Shown here: positions 1 to 8,890 of the stretch, piece by piece
Position numbering within the stretch: position 1 is the first letter of the stretch
Layout of the letters: each line of letters begins with the position of its first letter
Assembly (NCBI GenBank): GCA_040753215.1
Contig: JBFMEZ010000029.1
Coordinates: 29,394-93,393, forward strand
Direction: 5' to 3'
From: Candidatus Micrarchaeota archaeon
Lineage (GTDB): Archaea; Micrarchaeota; Micrarchaeia; Anstonellales; Bilamarchaeaceae
DNA length: 64,000 bases
Position numbers and translations under genes: made by a program
The notes under the pieces: model-generated
Told to the model about the DNA's origin: nothing
The model's input: only the letters and a program-made list of their open reading frames with translations
Databases searched by the model: none

Positions 1-546
1 GGCTCATCCGGGGGCACGACCTCGGGCGGCCGCAGCGGCAACGGTGCCCCGCACGTAGGAGTCCCCTACGTTCCCGGAGGCACGGGCACTACTACAACCA
101 CCACAACCACGCCCGCACCCAGCTGCACCTCCGATTCCGGCTGCGCTTCCAGCGAGGAATGCAGCTCCGGAAGGTGCGTTGCTCTGGAAGCAGGAAGCTC
201 CTGCGGTACGTTCGATAACCACGAATGGGTCGACTACGAGTGCTGCGACTCATCCGACTGCGGCACCGGCGAGGTCTGCAAGGCGAACGAATGCGTGCAG
301 ATGGAGCCCATAGGCACAACCCTCTCGGGCAGCCAGCCCCTCACCGGCACCGAGGCGTCAAACCAGGGCCTCGGAAGGCTCCTCGCGGATGTCCCGTGGT
401 GGGTGCTGCTCCTGCTCGTCCTCATGATAGGAGGGGGCATATACGCCCGCTACAGGATGAGCAGGGAGGGACAGCCTCCCGAAGAGGGCTCCGAAGAATA
501 CGCGTCCGAGGAGGAGCTCCCTCCCGCAGAGCCCGAAGAGGAGTAA
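1..546 (+). CDS. 5'-partial gene: C-terminal region of Cys-rich secreted/surface protein with Thr-rich linker, C-terminal TM anchor and acidic tail
   Basis: Frame-1 ORF open from window edge to TAA 544-546; repeated Cys modules (CTSDSGC..CSSGRC..CCDSSDCGTGEVC), poly-Thr stretch, WWVLLLLVLMIGGGIYA hydrophobic helix, EE-rich tail. Confidence 0.5.
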   Translation, partial: GSSGGTTSGGRSGNGAPHVGVPYVPGGTGTTTTTTTTPAPSCTSDSGCASSEECSSGRCVALEAGSSCGTFDNHEWVDYECCDSSDCGTGEVCKANECVQMEPIGTTLSGSQPLTGTEASNQGLGRLLADVPWWVLLLLVLMIGGGIYARYRMSREGQPPEEGSEEYASEEELPPAEPEEE

Positions 547-573
547 CATCCTCTTTTTCAAATTTTTCTTTTT

Positions 574-1707
574 CTATTTATTTTTGTATTCTGACAACAG
601 GTTCGGGTTTCCGCATACCCATGCAAGCCTGTTCATTGCCGCATTCTTATCCGGAATAAGCATATGCGCGTTAAGCTCCTCAAGCCACGCCGTAACAATC
701 CATGCTTTTGGCTTCCCCCCATCCACGAGCTTCTCAACCGCCCCCGCAATCAGCCCCGGCGCCTCCATTCTCGCTCCCCCCGGCATCCTTTTCGCAATGC
801 GCAGTACCATTTCCAGGGCGTCCCTCTTTATCTCAGCCCTGCCGGCCTTAATCCCGTCAGCCAGTGATGTTACCCTCAAAATATCCGCGATGCAGAAATA
901 AGCGACATCCCTGGCAATGTTGTCGTCCATGATTTCCGGCTCGGATGCGGAAATTATGCCCTCCGGAAAAACCGCCCCCAGCACCGCCCGCCTCCTCTTC
1001 TCCGCATCCCCGCCGTCCTCCTCCAGCATCCTCATGAACTCTTCGCAGCTCTTCGGCTTCCCCCTCACCATGATTGCAGCCGCATCCGCTGCGACCCCGC
1101 CCGGCATCGAGCCGACCAGGACGTTCATCCTCCTGCTCTCGGCCCTCGGTACCAGGCTGTCCATCTTCTTTCCCGATGGCCTCACCCCGCGCTCCTTTAT
1201 GAATCCAGCGCTGGCGCGCAGCGCCGCAAGCCCGCCGCCCATCGCTTCCATGTTCCTTCGCAGCGCCTCCATCCTCATGCATACCTCCTTCGAGCCCAGC
1301 GTTTCCCCCATCTTCCCCACGATATCCGCGACAAGCCCCAGCGCCTCCAGCCCCTCCGCCAGCCCGGCCAGCCTCAGCATCGCCCCGATTTTCAGGAGCG
1401 CCTTCTCCCTGTCCTCTCCCTTCGCCCTCACCGCCTCCTCCTCATCCGCCCTCAGCATGACGCCTATAATCCTCTGGAAATCCGCCATCCCGAAATAGAA
1501 TGCGTTAATCGCCTCCCTGTCCGCAAGTGTCCCCCTTCCCAGGAACTCATCCCTCCTTCCCCTGAACGCAAACATGAAAACTATTTCCCTTCTCCTGCGG
1601 CACTCCGCCTCATCGCAATCCTCCACGAGCGCCTCCTTCACTTCCGCAAGCGACGGCACTCTCTCCCCATACCTCCTCCTCACCGCCGCAAAGGCCGCCT
1701 TTTTCAT
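574..1707 (-). CDS. hypothetical protein (ORF stays open to 1932; ATG at 1707 preferred)
   Basis: 452-aa six-frame ORF; region 1851-1885 upstream carries CCGGTTTCC repeats typical of intergenic DNA here, so internal Met (MKKAAFAAV) is the likelier start; no recognisable family. Confidence 0.45.
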   Translation of the reverse strand: MKKAAFAAVRRRYGERVPSLAEVKEALVEDCDEAECRRRREIVFMFAFRGRRDEFLGRGTLADREAINAFYFGMADFQRIIGVMLRADEEEAVRAKGEDREKALLKIGAMLRLAGLAEGLEALGLVADIVGKMGETLGSKEVCMRMEALRRNMEAMGGGLAALRASAGFIKERGVRPSGKKMDSLVPRAESRRMNVLVGSMPGGVAADAAAIMVRGKPKSCEEFMRMLEEDGGDAEKRRRAVLGAVFPEGIISASEPEIMDDNIARDVAYFCIADILRVTSLADGIKAGRAEIKRDALEMVLRIAKRMPGGARMEAPGLIAGAVEKLVDGGKPKAWIVTAWLEELNAHMLIPDKNAAMNRLAWVCGNPNLLSEYKNK

Positions 1708-1949
1708 TTCCCCTTCCGGCAGGGCATCCAGGAATGCCCTCCCATCACCGTTCCCTTCAGCAAAACTTGGCTCCCCAAAAACAATAGGCGCATCCGCCCG
1801 CCCTTCCCCACTGCCAAAAATCCGTCTCCATAATCCCCTTCTCGGGTTTCCCGCTCCCGGTTTCCGGTTTCCAGTTCTCCCTTCGGGCTCCGCAAACCGC
1901 ACATTCCTGAAGGGGTCCGAAGGGCTGCCCATAATCAGTCTCCAGTTTC

Positions 1950-2062
1950 TATATCGCTGCGGCGATAACTCCGCATCGCTGCGGCAATGTCCGGCAGAAT
2001 CTCCCGAGATTCCGCCATGGCAGAAACCTCAGGGTTTCCGCCATCCGGTTTCCGGTTTCCCG
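1950..2062. repeat. composite palindromic intergenic module (TATCGCTGCGGCGATA .. GGCAGAATCTC/GAGATTCCGCC .. CCGGTTTCCGGTTTCC), copy 1
   Basis: Near-identical module at 55242-55315; internal near-palindromes; partially duplicated internally. Confidence 0.6.
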
Positions 2063-2205
2063 TACTGCCCTGTTCATAACGCGAATTCCCATCCTCCCAG
2101 ACCATAATTATATATTATCCATAACAACAAATAAAAAGGATGCCTCTCCCGCCCCCTTCCGGAAAACCATATAAATGTTATAGAAGATACCACTCCGGTG
2201 AAAAA

Positions 2206-2853
2206 ATGGGAATGTTCCAGAACATGGTGGATGCCCTTTTCCCGGACAAGCTCGTCTCCATGTGCAAGAAGGAGAAGGGTTCCGTCGGTGAAGGGTTTAA
2301 GTACCTGATAGTGGCCGGCATCGTTTCGCTCGTGCTTGGCTTGGTCACCCGCCTTGTGCTAAATGCGCTCGGCGTGGGCCTTGGAACCGCTGGCGCGGGG
2401 GCGGCGGCCTTCGATGTCGCCACCTACCTCATCGGGGGCGTAATAGCCTTGGTAGTAGGCCTGGTGCTCACCTGGCTGGTGCTGAAAATCGCGCACCTGG
2501 CAATCACGGCGCTCCTGAAGGCAAAGGCCGGGTTCGGCCAGATGTTCTTCTGCGTCGCGGTCCTGTGGTCCGCGGTGCAGATCCTGAACTCCGTGCTCAG
2601 TCTGCTGCCGTGCATAGGCGCAATCCTGATGATACTGCTGTTCCTCTACTCGCTCTACCTGCTGTTCATGCTGTTCAAGGCGGTGTACGGCTTTGATACC
2701 GGAGGGGCAATCGCCGCGCTGGTCGTGCTGGTCGTGGTAAGCGTCGTGATATACGGCATCTTCGCCCTCGTGGTGATGGCCGCGCTTCTCGGCCTCCTAG
2801 GCCTCGGCGCGCTCGGCACATCAGGAGTCCTGGGCTTCCAGCCGGTCGTATAG
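2206..2853 (+). CDS. polytopic membrane protein, Yip1-like
   Basis: ORF 2140-2853; ATG at 2206 preceded by GGTGA; 5-6 predicted TM helices rich in G/A/L/V. Confidence 0.45.
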   Translation: MGMFQNMVDALFPDKLVSMCKKEKGSVGEGFKYLIVAGIVSLVLGLVTRLVLNALGVGLGTAGAGAAAFDVATYLIGGVIALVVGLVLTWLVLKIAHLAITALLKAKAGFGQMFFCVAVLWSAVQILNSVLSLLPCIGAILMILLFLYSLYLLFMLFKAVYGFDTGGAIAALVVLVVVSVVIYGIFALVVMAALLGLLGLGALGTSGVLGFQPVV

Positions 2854-2879
2854 AAGTTTCCGGTTACCGGTTTCCAGTC

Positions 2880-2968
2880 AAACCGTGAAGCCAGGGACGA
2901 ACAGGGGACGGGAGGGCGGCTTCACGGTTTGAGTTTCCGGAACTTCCTATTTTTATTCTTTTTTCTCT
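2880..2968 (+). terminator. strong hairpin (13-bp perfect stem AAACCGTGAAGCC/GGCTTCACGGTTT) followed by T-rich tract
   Basis: Directly 3' of membrane-protein gene; stem 2880-2892/2918-2930, T-runs 2950-2968. Confidence 0.4.
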
Positions 2969-2978
2969 TATCCTACTT

Positions 2979-3140
2979 ATGGAACTCAAACAGGCCATCG
3001 TCATTCGCACCGACCTTGACATGGGCAAAGGCAAATTATGCGCCCAAGCAGCACACGCCTCCCTCTCCGCCCGGAAAAACGCGGGGGAAGCGTCCCCCCC
3101 ATTTTTACCGGTCATTCTGACCCCCCTCCACTTCCCTTAG
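2979..3140 (+). pseudogene. decoy 5' fragment of pth2 (31 codons, synonymously diverged) fused in-frame to hairpin element; 53-codon ORF ending TAG
   Basis: [31 protein letters not shown] matches Pth2 N-terminus at 3217; then ..[22 protein letters not shown]. Confidence 0.6.
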
Positions 3141-3216
3141 CCATCCTTGGCACGCCTCCTTACGCACCTCCGCGCATCTAATATCAATATATATCTATCA
3201 TAACCAATCATTACTT
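3072..3216 (+). repeat. 5'-end-associated hairpin element, copy A (AAAAACGCGGGGGA-AGCG-TCCCCCCCATTTTT core plus AT-rich promoter-like tail)
   Basis: Core shared with copies at 21060 and 31384; 6-bp GC stem + T5; tail contains TATA-like ATATATAT 30 nt before pth2 ATG. Confidence 0.6.
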
Positions 3217-3561
3217 ATGGAACTAAAACAGGCTATCGTTATCCGCACAGACCTCGGCATGGGGAAAGGAAAATTGGCTGTACAAGTGGCGCACGCCTCC
3301 CTCTCCGCCTACAAGAAGGTTTCCCCGAAAATCCGCGACGAGTGGGAGCGCACCGGAATGAAAAAAATAGTCCTCAAAGTAAATTCCGAATCCGAGCTCT
3401 TCAAATACTTTGAGGAATGCCGGCGCGCAGGAATCCCCTGCTCCCTCATCCAGGATGCCGGCCTCACCCAAATCCCCTCCGGCTCGCCAACCTGCTTCGG
3501 TGCGGGCCCCTGGGATGCGGAAGGGCTGGACAAAATCCTCGGCAGACTAAAGTTATTATAA
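3217..3561 (+). CDS. pth2: peptidyl-tRNA hydrolase, archaeal/eukaryotic type
   Basis: 114 aa; conserved Pth2 N-terminus and overall length. Confidence 0.85.
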   Translation: MELKQAIVIRTDLGMGKGKLAVQVAHASLSAYKKVSPKIRDEWERTGMKKIVLKVNSESELFKYFEECRRAGIPCSLIQDAGLTQIPSGSPTCFGAGPWDAEGLDKILGRLKLL

Positions 3562-3584
3562 ACCTTATTTACTCATCCCTTCCT

Positions 3585-4100
3585 ATGCTCCTCTCAAACA
3601 CCGACATAAGGGAATACCTGAGGAAGGGGAGGATAAAAATCCGCCCCCTCAAAGAAGAGCAGATCGGCTCGGCCTCCGTTGATTTGACCCTCGGGAGAAA
3701 ATTCTGGCTCTTCAAGAAGCAGTTCATAAGGAAGAGGGTGGACCTCTCAAAGGTTGATTCCAAGGCAGCAACGCGCGTCTTGCACACGAATTCCGTTTCC
3801 CTTGCTCCCGGCGGGATGTGCCTCGGCATAACCCAGGAAAGAATTACCCTCGCCCCAGATATAATGGGCCGCCTTGAGGGCCGCAGCCGCTACGCCCGCA
3901 TGGGCCTTGGGGTGCACATCACCTCCGCCATCGTGCAGCCCGGCTCGGACAACCACCAGGTCCTTGAAATAGTAAACAACGCCCCCTTCACCTCTGTCCT
4001 CCATTCCGGGATGCGCATCTCCCAGATAGTGTTCTACCAGCTACGCTCGCCCAGCACGCTCCCCTACGCAAAATTCGGCAAGCTCGCCCGCAGGCAATAA
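3585..4100 (+). CDS. dcd: dCTP deaminase
   Basis: ORF 3417-4100, start at MLLSNTDIREYL; GRLEGRSRYARMGLGVH motif, ~171 aa. Confidence 0.75.
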   Translation: MLLSNTDIREYLRKGRIKIRPLKEEQIGSASVDLTLGRKFWLFKKQFIRKRVDLSKVDSKAATRVLHTNSVSLAPGGMCLGITQERITLAPDIMGRLEGRSRYARMGLGVHITSAIVQPGSDNHQVLEIVNNAPFTSVLHSGMRISQIVFYQLRSPSTLPYAKFGKLARRQ

Positions 4101-4152
4101 GATTATATAACCCGAAGACGCGCACGCGGGCGGAATCCGCATCGCCCAAGCC

Positions 4153-5895
4153 TCATTTATACACAACAATCTTCTTTATCTCCGCAAGCAGCTCCTTCTC
4201 ATTCTCACTTAGAGAATTTACCCGTTCTTCCCATTTGAAAACCTGCCCCTTCCCCATCGCCGTATAAAGCACATCCCCTTCCTTAACGTCCTTCCCGAGC
4301 ACAATCTCATCCGATGAAACCGCCACTTTCGCCCCGCTCTCCGCCTCTTCTATCGATTTCCCTTCGCTCTGTATTCCTTTTACCTCCCCGACATCCGCCC
4401 CTTCCGCGCTCATGAGCCTTACCCCCCTCTTCAGCTTCCCCGCCTCCACCTCAATCCCGAAAACCGCGGGCTTGCTCAGCCTGAAGAAGAACCCCTTCAG
4501 CACCTTTATCCTCGCGGGCCACGGCAGCTCCGCCTCCAGCTCCCTCTTCTCCCTCCCCCTCTCCTCCGCCTTCCATGCCTCGTAATCCTCTATGAACTTG
4601 TAAATCACGTTGCTCCAGATGATGGGGACTCCCCCCGCCTCGGCCTCGCTTCTCGCCTCGTCCATGACCTCCACGTTGAACCCGAAAATAACCCCGTCAT
4701 ACCTGTTCTCCGCCCTCACCGCCTTTGCCGCAGCCACGTCCGCCCTAGCCACAGCCCCGATATCCGCCTTCCTCACCTTTATCCCGTTCTTCGCAAAAAG
4801 CGCAAGTATCGCCTCTATGCTTCCCAGCGAATCCGCCTTCACTATCACCCCCTCCTCCCCGCTTTCAAACAGCAGCTGCTTCGCCTGCGCCTCTATCTCC
4901 CTCTTCTGCTCCTCAAAATCCTTCACCACGTAAAGGGGCGAGCCCGGAATCACGCCCTCCAGGTCCGGCGCCAGTATTTTCACTCCAGCCGCCGCCTCTA
5001 TATTATCCAGATAGGTGTATTTCTCCTTCGCGCCCTTCGCCAGGTTCGGCTCAAGCAGCGCCCTCACTTTTGTTTTCCTCACCCCGCCCCTGGCAAGAAA
5101 TACTATCTCATCCCCCTTCGCAATCACGCCATCGTACAGCACCACGTCCACGGTGCTCCCCAGCCCCTTCTCCTCCTTAACCTCCAGCACTGTCGCCTTC
5201 CCCTTCCCCAATCCCAATTCCAATCTCTTCTCCATGAATTTCTGGCTAAGCCCCGCAATCAAGAGCAGAAGCTCCGCCAGCCCCTCCCTCGTCTTCGCGC
5301 TGAGCGGTATGATCGCCACCTGCTTCCTGAAATCCGCAATCCTGTCAAACCTCTCGCAATCAAACCCGTGCGTCGAGAGCGCCCCCATCAGCTCATAGAT
5401 TTTCGCATCCACCGCCTCCTGCACGTGCGGCGGCTGGTTCGCGAATGATTTCAGGAAGGAGTCCGTGCCCTGCTTCTTCCACCCATGAATCAAATCTATT
5501 TTATTCGCCGCCACCACAAAAGGGGTTTTGCACTGCTTGAGTATGCGTATGCTCTCAATCGTCTGCGGCTGGAACCCCTGCGCCATGTCCACTACGAGAA
5601 TGGCCATGTCCGCGATGCTCCCGCCCCTCTCCCTCAGATTCGTAAATGCCTCATGCCCCGGCGTATCAATAAACAGCAATCCCGGAATCCCGATTTTTAT
5701 CTTCATTATTTCCGCAACCGGCGCAGAGGTCTTCTCTATGGCTTCGCGGGGCAGGTAGCTCGCCCCAATCATCTGTGTTATCGCTCCCGCCTCCTTCGCC
5801 GCGACGGCGGTACCCCTAACCGCGTCGAGAAGTGTGGTCTTCCCATGGTCCACATGCGCAAGCAAAACAATAATCGGGGACCTCAGCTTTGCCAT
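4153..5895 (-). CDS. infB: translation initiation factor aIF5B (IF2-like GTPase)
   Basis: AHVDHGKTTLLD, DTPGH, NKID G-motifs; ~580 aa; ORF to 5910, Met at 5895. Confidence 0.9.
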   Translation of the reverse strand: MAKLRSPIIVLLAHVDHGKTTLLDAVRGTAVAAKEAGAITQMIGASYLPREAIEKTSAPVAEIMKIKIGIPGLLFIDTPGHEAFTNLRERGGSIADMAILVVDMAQGFQPQTIESIRILKQCKTPFVVAANKIDLIHGWKKQGTDSFLKSFANQPPHVQEAVDAKIYELMGALSTHGFDCERFDRIADFRKQVAIIPLSAKTREGLAELLLLIAGLSQKFMEKRLELGLGKGKATVLEVKEEKGLGSTVDVVLYDGVIAKGDEIVFLARGGVRKTKVRALLEPNLAKGAKEKYTYLDNIEAAAGVKILAPDLEGVIPGSPLYVVKDFEEQKREIEAQAKQLLFESGEEGVIVKADSLGSIEAILALFAKNGIKVRKADIGAVARADVAAAKAVRAENRYDGVIFGFNVEVMDEARSEAEAGGVPIIWSNVIYKFIEDYEAWKAEERGREKRELEAELPWPARIKVLKGFFFRLSKPAVFGIEVEAGKLKRGVRLMSAEGADVGEVKGIQSEGKSIEEAESGAKVAVSSDEIVLGKDVKEGDVLYTAMGKGQVFKWEERVNSLSENEKELLAEIKKIVVYK

Positions 5896-6083
5896 CTCAA
5901 TCAACTGCACACAATGTTCGTTAACGAACAGTTATAGAAATAGAAGTCGTTCGAATAAGTTAAAAAGCAATAAGAAAAAGCGTAAGAGTTCAAGATTTTC
6001 CCGAGACCGTAACGATTTTTGTTGAAACAGTATAAAGCCAGCCTGACCAAAGAGTTTGGCTGACCGATAAGGAGGTTTCAACT

Positions 6084-6665
6084 ATGGAAGAATTGATTAC
6101 CAAGGAACGCGCCAGAGCGTTCATTAAGGCGAATAAGATTACGAATGCCGCCCAATGGGAGGAAGCCATCCTGGCAAGTGGCAAGGCCGTCATAGAGGCC
6201 ATGCTTGAGGCTGAGCGGGACCAGCAGCTTGGCTATGCCAGGAACGACGTCAAAAACAAGGATACGGATAATTCCAGGAATGGGTATAGCCAGAAGATAA
6301 TCCGTTCCAGATTGGGGCAGATGTGCCTCGGCATACCTCGGAATACCCATGGTGAGTTTGAACCTACAATAGTGAAGAAACACGAAAGGGAGATTTCCCA
6401 TGAGGTTGAGAATGCCATCCTCCTGCTATACGCCAAGGGCTTGTCGATGCACGACATCACCTCATATATGGAAAAAATATACAAGGTGCCGGTTTCCGCT
6501 GAGACAATCAGCCGGATAACCGACAAGGTGCTGCCTGCGGCCAATGCCTGGCAGAACCGGCCTCTGGATGACGTCTATCCTATCATTTACCTGGATGGAA
6601 TCGTTTTCCACGTTAACCAGGATGGGAGGATCGCAAGGAAGACTCTTGGACTGAACCCCTGTTAG
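6084..6665 (+). pseudogene. IS256-family transposase, N-terminal fragment
   Basis: 193 aa with Mutator/IS256 N-terminal motifs (..YPIIYLDGIVFHV..DGRI), truncated by IS3 insertion at ~6652. Confidence 0.7.
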
Positions 6666-6704
6666 CGTACCAACAGTTAAGAGACAAAGTGGGGTGTAAA
6701 GTCC

Positions 6705-7010
6705 ATGAAAAAGAGGGTGTATCCAAGAGAAACCAAGATAGCGGTGTTGAATGAGCTCCAGGCAGGAAGATCGGTTGCAGAGCTGTGCAGGAAATACGAG
6801 ATAAATGCCAACCTCATTTACCGTTGGAAATGCGATTATAAGAAAGATCCAGAACGCGCATTTTCTGGCAAAGGAAACATAAGTACTGCCGAGGCAAGGA
6901 TTGCCCAGTACGAGAGGCTCGTAGGGCAGCTCTACGCCGAAAACCGGCTTTTAAAAAAAGCCTTGGAAAGGTTAGAGCGGCTGAAGGCCGAGCAGAAGCT
7001 AAGGGGTTGA
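6705..7010 (+). CDS. IS3-family transposase OrfA (HTH)
   Basis: 101 aa, HTH + leucine-zipper-like C-term; A7G slippery run at 6951-6958. Confidence 0.8.
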   Translation: MKKRVYPRETKIAVLNELQAGRSVAELCRKYEINANLIYRWKCDYKKDPERAFSGKGNISTAEARIAQYERLVGQLYAENRLLKKALERLERLKAEQKLRG

Positions 7011-7882
7011 TACCGATGTTTTACGAAACCATAAAGGAGGAAAAACGCTCAATAGCCCTTAGGCCAGCTTGCAGGGCACTTGGTGTGAGCAGGAGCGGCT
7101 ATCTCGACTGGGAAAAACGAAAGCCAAGGCAAACATCGGCTGAAGATCAAAAAATCCTCAGCCATATGCAGTCCATTGCTGAGGAGTTTGGATACTATGG
7201 ATATCGACGTATAACCAAGGCACTTAGGCGACAGGGAGTTGTTGTGAATCATAAGAGAGTGCTTAGGATGATGAGGGAGAATAGCCTGACGATAAAAATG
7301 AAGAAGTTCAAGCCAAGAACAACAGACTCAAGCCACTCTCTGCCGTCATTCCCAAACCTTGCAAAGGGTTTGGTGGTAGACCATATCAACCAGTTATGGG
7401 TAGCGGATATAACCTATGTTCCACTCGACGATATTTTTCTTTACCTGGCCTTGTTGATGGACGTATTCAGCAGGAAGATCGTGGGATGGCAGTTGGGCCG
7501 GAATATTGATACGGAGCTGTGCCTCGATGCATTGAAAAGGGCGTTTGCATCGAGAAGGGGAATGGACCTGGGCGGCCTGATCCATCACTCTGACCACGGG
7601 AGCCAATACCTTTCCAAGGAATACATATCCCAATTGAAAAACAGGGGCATCCAGTCCAGTACAGGAGAAACAGGCGTTGCTTACGACAACGCCTTTGCTG
7701 AGGCGGTAAACAAACTGGTCAAATACGACGAAGTTTACAGGTCCAAATATGAGTCTTTTGAAGATGCGTATCTCGGAATCAAAAAATACGTGGGGGTGTA
7801 CAACAAGAAGAGGCTTCATTCGGGCATAGGATATTTGCCGCCGGATGAGTTTGAGAAAGCATTAAAAAATTCTCTTATCTAG
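7007..7882 (+). CDS. IS3-family transposase OrfB (DDE integrase core), expressed as OrfAB by -1 frameshift
   Basis: 291 aa with DDE motifs (..WVADITY.., ..HSDHGSQY.., ..YDNAFAE..). Confidence 0.8.
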   Translation: MIPMFYETIKEEKRSIALRPACRALGVSRSGYLDWEKRKPRQTSAEDQKILSHMQSIAEEFGYYGYRRITKALRRQGVVVNHKRVLRMMRENSLTIKMKKFKPRTTDSSHSLPSFPNLAKGLVVDHINQLWVADITYVPLDDIFLYLALLMDVFSRKIVGWQLGRNIDTELCLDALKRAFASRRGMDLGGLIHHSDHGSQYLSKEYISQLKNRGIQSSTGETGVAYDNAFAEAVNKLVKYDEVYRSKYESFEDAYLGIKKYVGVYNKKRLHSGIGYLPPDEFEKALKNSLI

Positions 7883-8563
7883 TGGTACGCTGGAAGGGGT
7901 GCAGTCCAGCATGTTGTATATGGCATCACAATCTCAGGCAGGAAGGAGATCCTTGGCATCTGGATAGGGGAGGCGGAATCTTCGAAATTCTGGGCCAAGG
8001 TATTGATGGACCTACGCAACAGGGGGGTGAAGGACATCCTTATCGCAGCCGTAGATGGGCTTAACGGCTTCTCTGAGGCCATCAGTTCGATCTTCCCCCA
8101 GGCTGAGATACAGAAGTGCATCGTGCACCAGATAAGGACTTCGTGCAAGTTTGTGAGCTACAAGGACCTCAAGCTGTTCTGCACCGGCATGAAACCGATC
8201 TACCATGCCCCCAATGAGCAGGCAGGGCTGGCTGCGCTGGCTGAGTTTGAGAAGAACTGGGGCAAGAAATATCCGTATGCCATCAAGAGCTGGAAGGAGA
8301 ACTGGGCGTCATTGGCGACGTTCTACAAGTACCCGGAGGAGATACGGCGCCTTATCTATACGACGAATCCCATAGAGGGATTGAACCGCAGGCTGAGGAA
8401 GGTCACCAAGACCAAAGGTTCCTTCCCTTCGGATGATGCACTCTTCAAGCTGCTTTATTTGGTGGTTGAGGACGTAAGCAGAAAATGGACAATGCCGATT
8501 GACAACTGGGGGCTCATCCTCCAGCAGCTGAACCTGTACTTTGGGGAACGGATGGGTGCATAT
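7883..8563 (+). pseudogene. IS256-family transposase, C-terminal fragment
   Basis: ..AVQHVVYGITISGRKEILGIWIGEAESSKFWAKVLMDLRNRGVKDILIAAVDGLNGF..NPIEGLNRRLRKVTK..: canonical IS256 C-terminal half. Confidence 0.7.
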
Positions 8564-8890
8564 GCAGACTGCGTAATTCCAGGCATGTTGCCGGCATCCG
8601 CGGTTAGCGGATGCACTGTCCCGCTAGCGCGCGGGACGAACGAACGCTTATATTTTTTGTGTTCGAACGCTTGTTTGCGGACGAAACGCGAGCGCGAGAT
8701 CAGTTTTTGGTTTTGCGAACGCGAGCGGACGAGCGAAGCGAAAGGCGTTTCAACAAAAATTATGACGGACCCCCTGCGCCAATCTATGGCACAACCTATT
8801 CAACCTCTATGCCGCTTAATTCTGTCCCACAGCCGGTTTTGGCATTGGCCGCGCAGGCTTGGACGCAGACCCACGCCGTAGCCATTAACA

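Larger units (their letters stand above)
6652..7903 (+). mobile_element. IS3-family (IS150-like) insertion sequence, 1252 bp, inserted inside IS256 transposase gene
   Basis: ~33-bp imperfect IRs TGAACCCCTGTTAGCGTACCAACAGTTAAGAGA (6652-6684) vs rc of 7871-7903; orfA/orfB with -1 frameshift site. Confidence 0.8.
6005..8770 (+). mobile_element. IS256-family insertion sequence (~1.5 kb) disrupted by nested IS3-family element
   Basis: Imperfect ~24-bp terminal IRs (6005-6030 GACCGTAACGATTTTTGTTGAAACAG vs 8745-8770 rc); mutator-type transposase split into two fragments. Confidence 0.7.

Noticed and set aside
92-440. Antisense and overlapping ORFs (92-319 -, 234-440 -, 225-659 +) within the first 550 nt
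   Set aside because: They are Arg/Pro-rich translations typical of wrong-frame reads of GC-rich DNA. The frame-1 ORF has coherent protein features (Cys repeats, TM anchor) and explains the region.
2929-3120. 63-aa ORF across the pth2 decoy and element in another frame
   Set aside because: It is in the wrong frame relative to the clear Pth2-like decoy reading frame, and its composition is low-complexity F/L/P.
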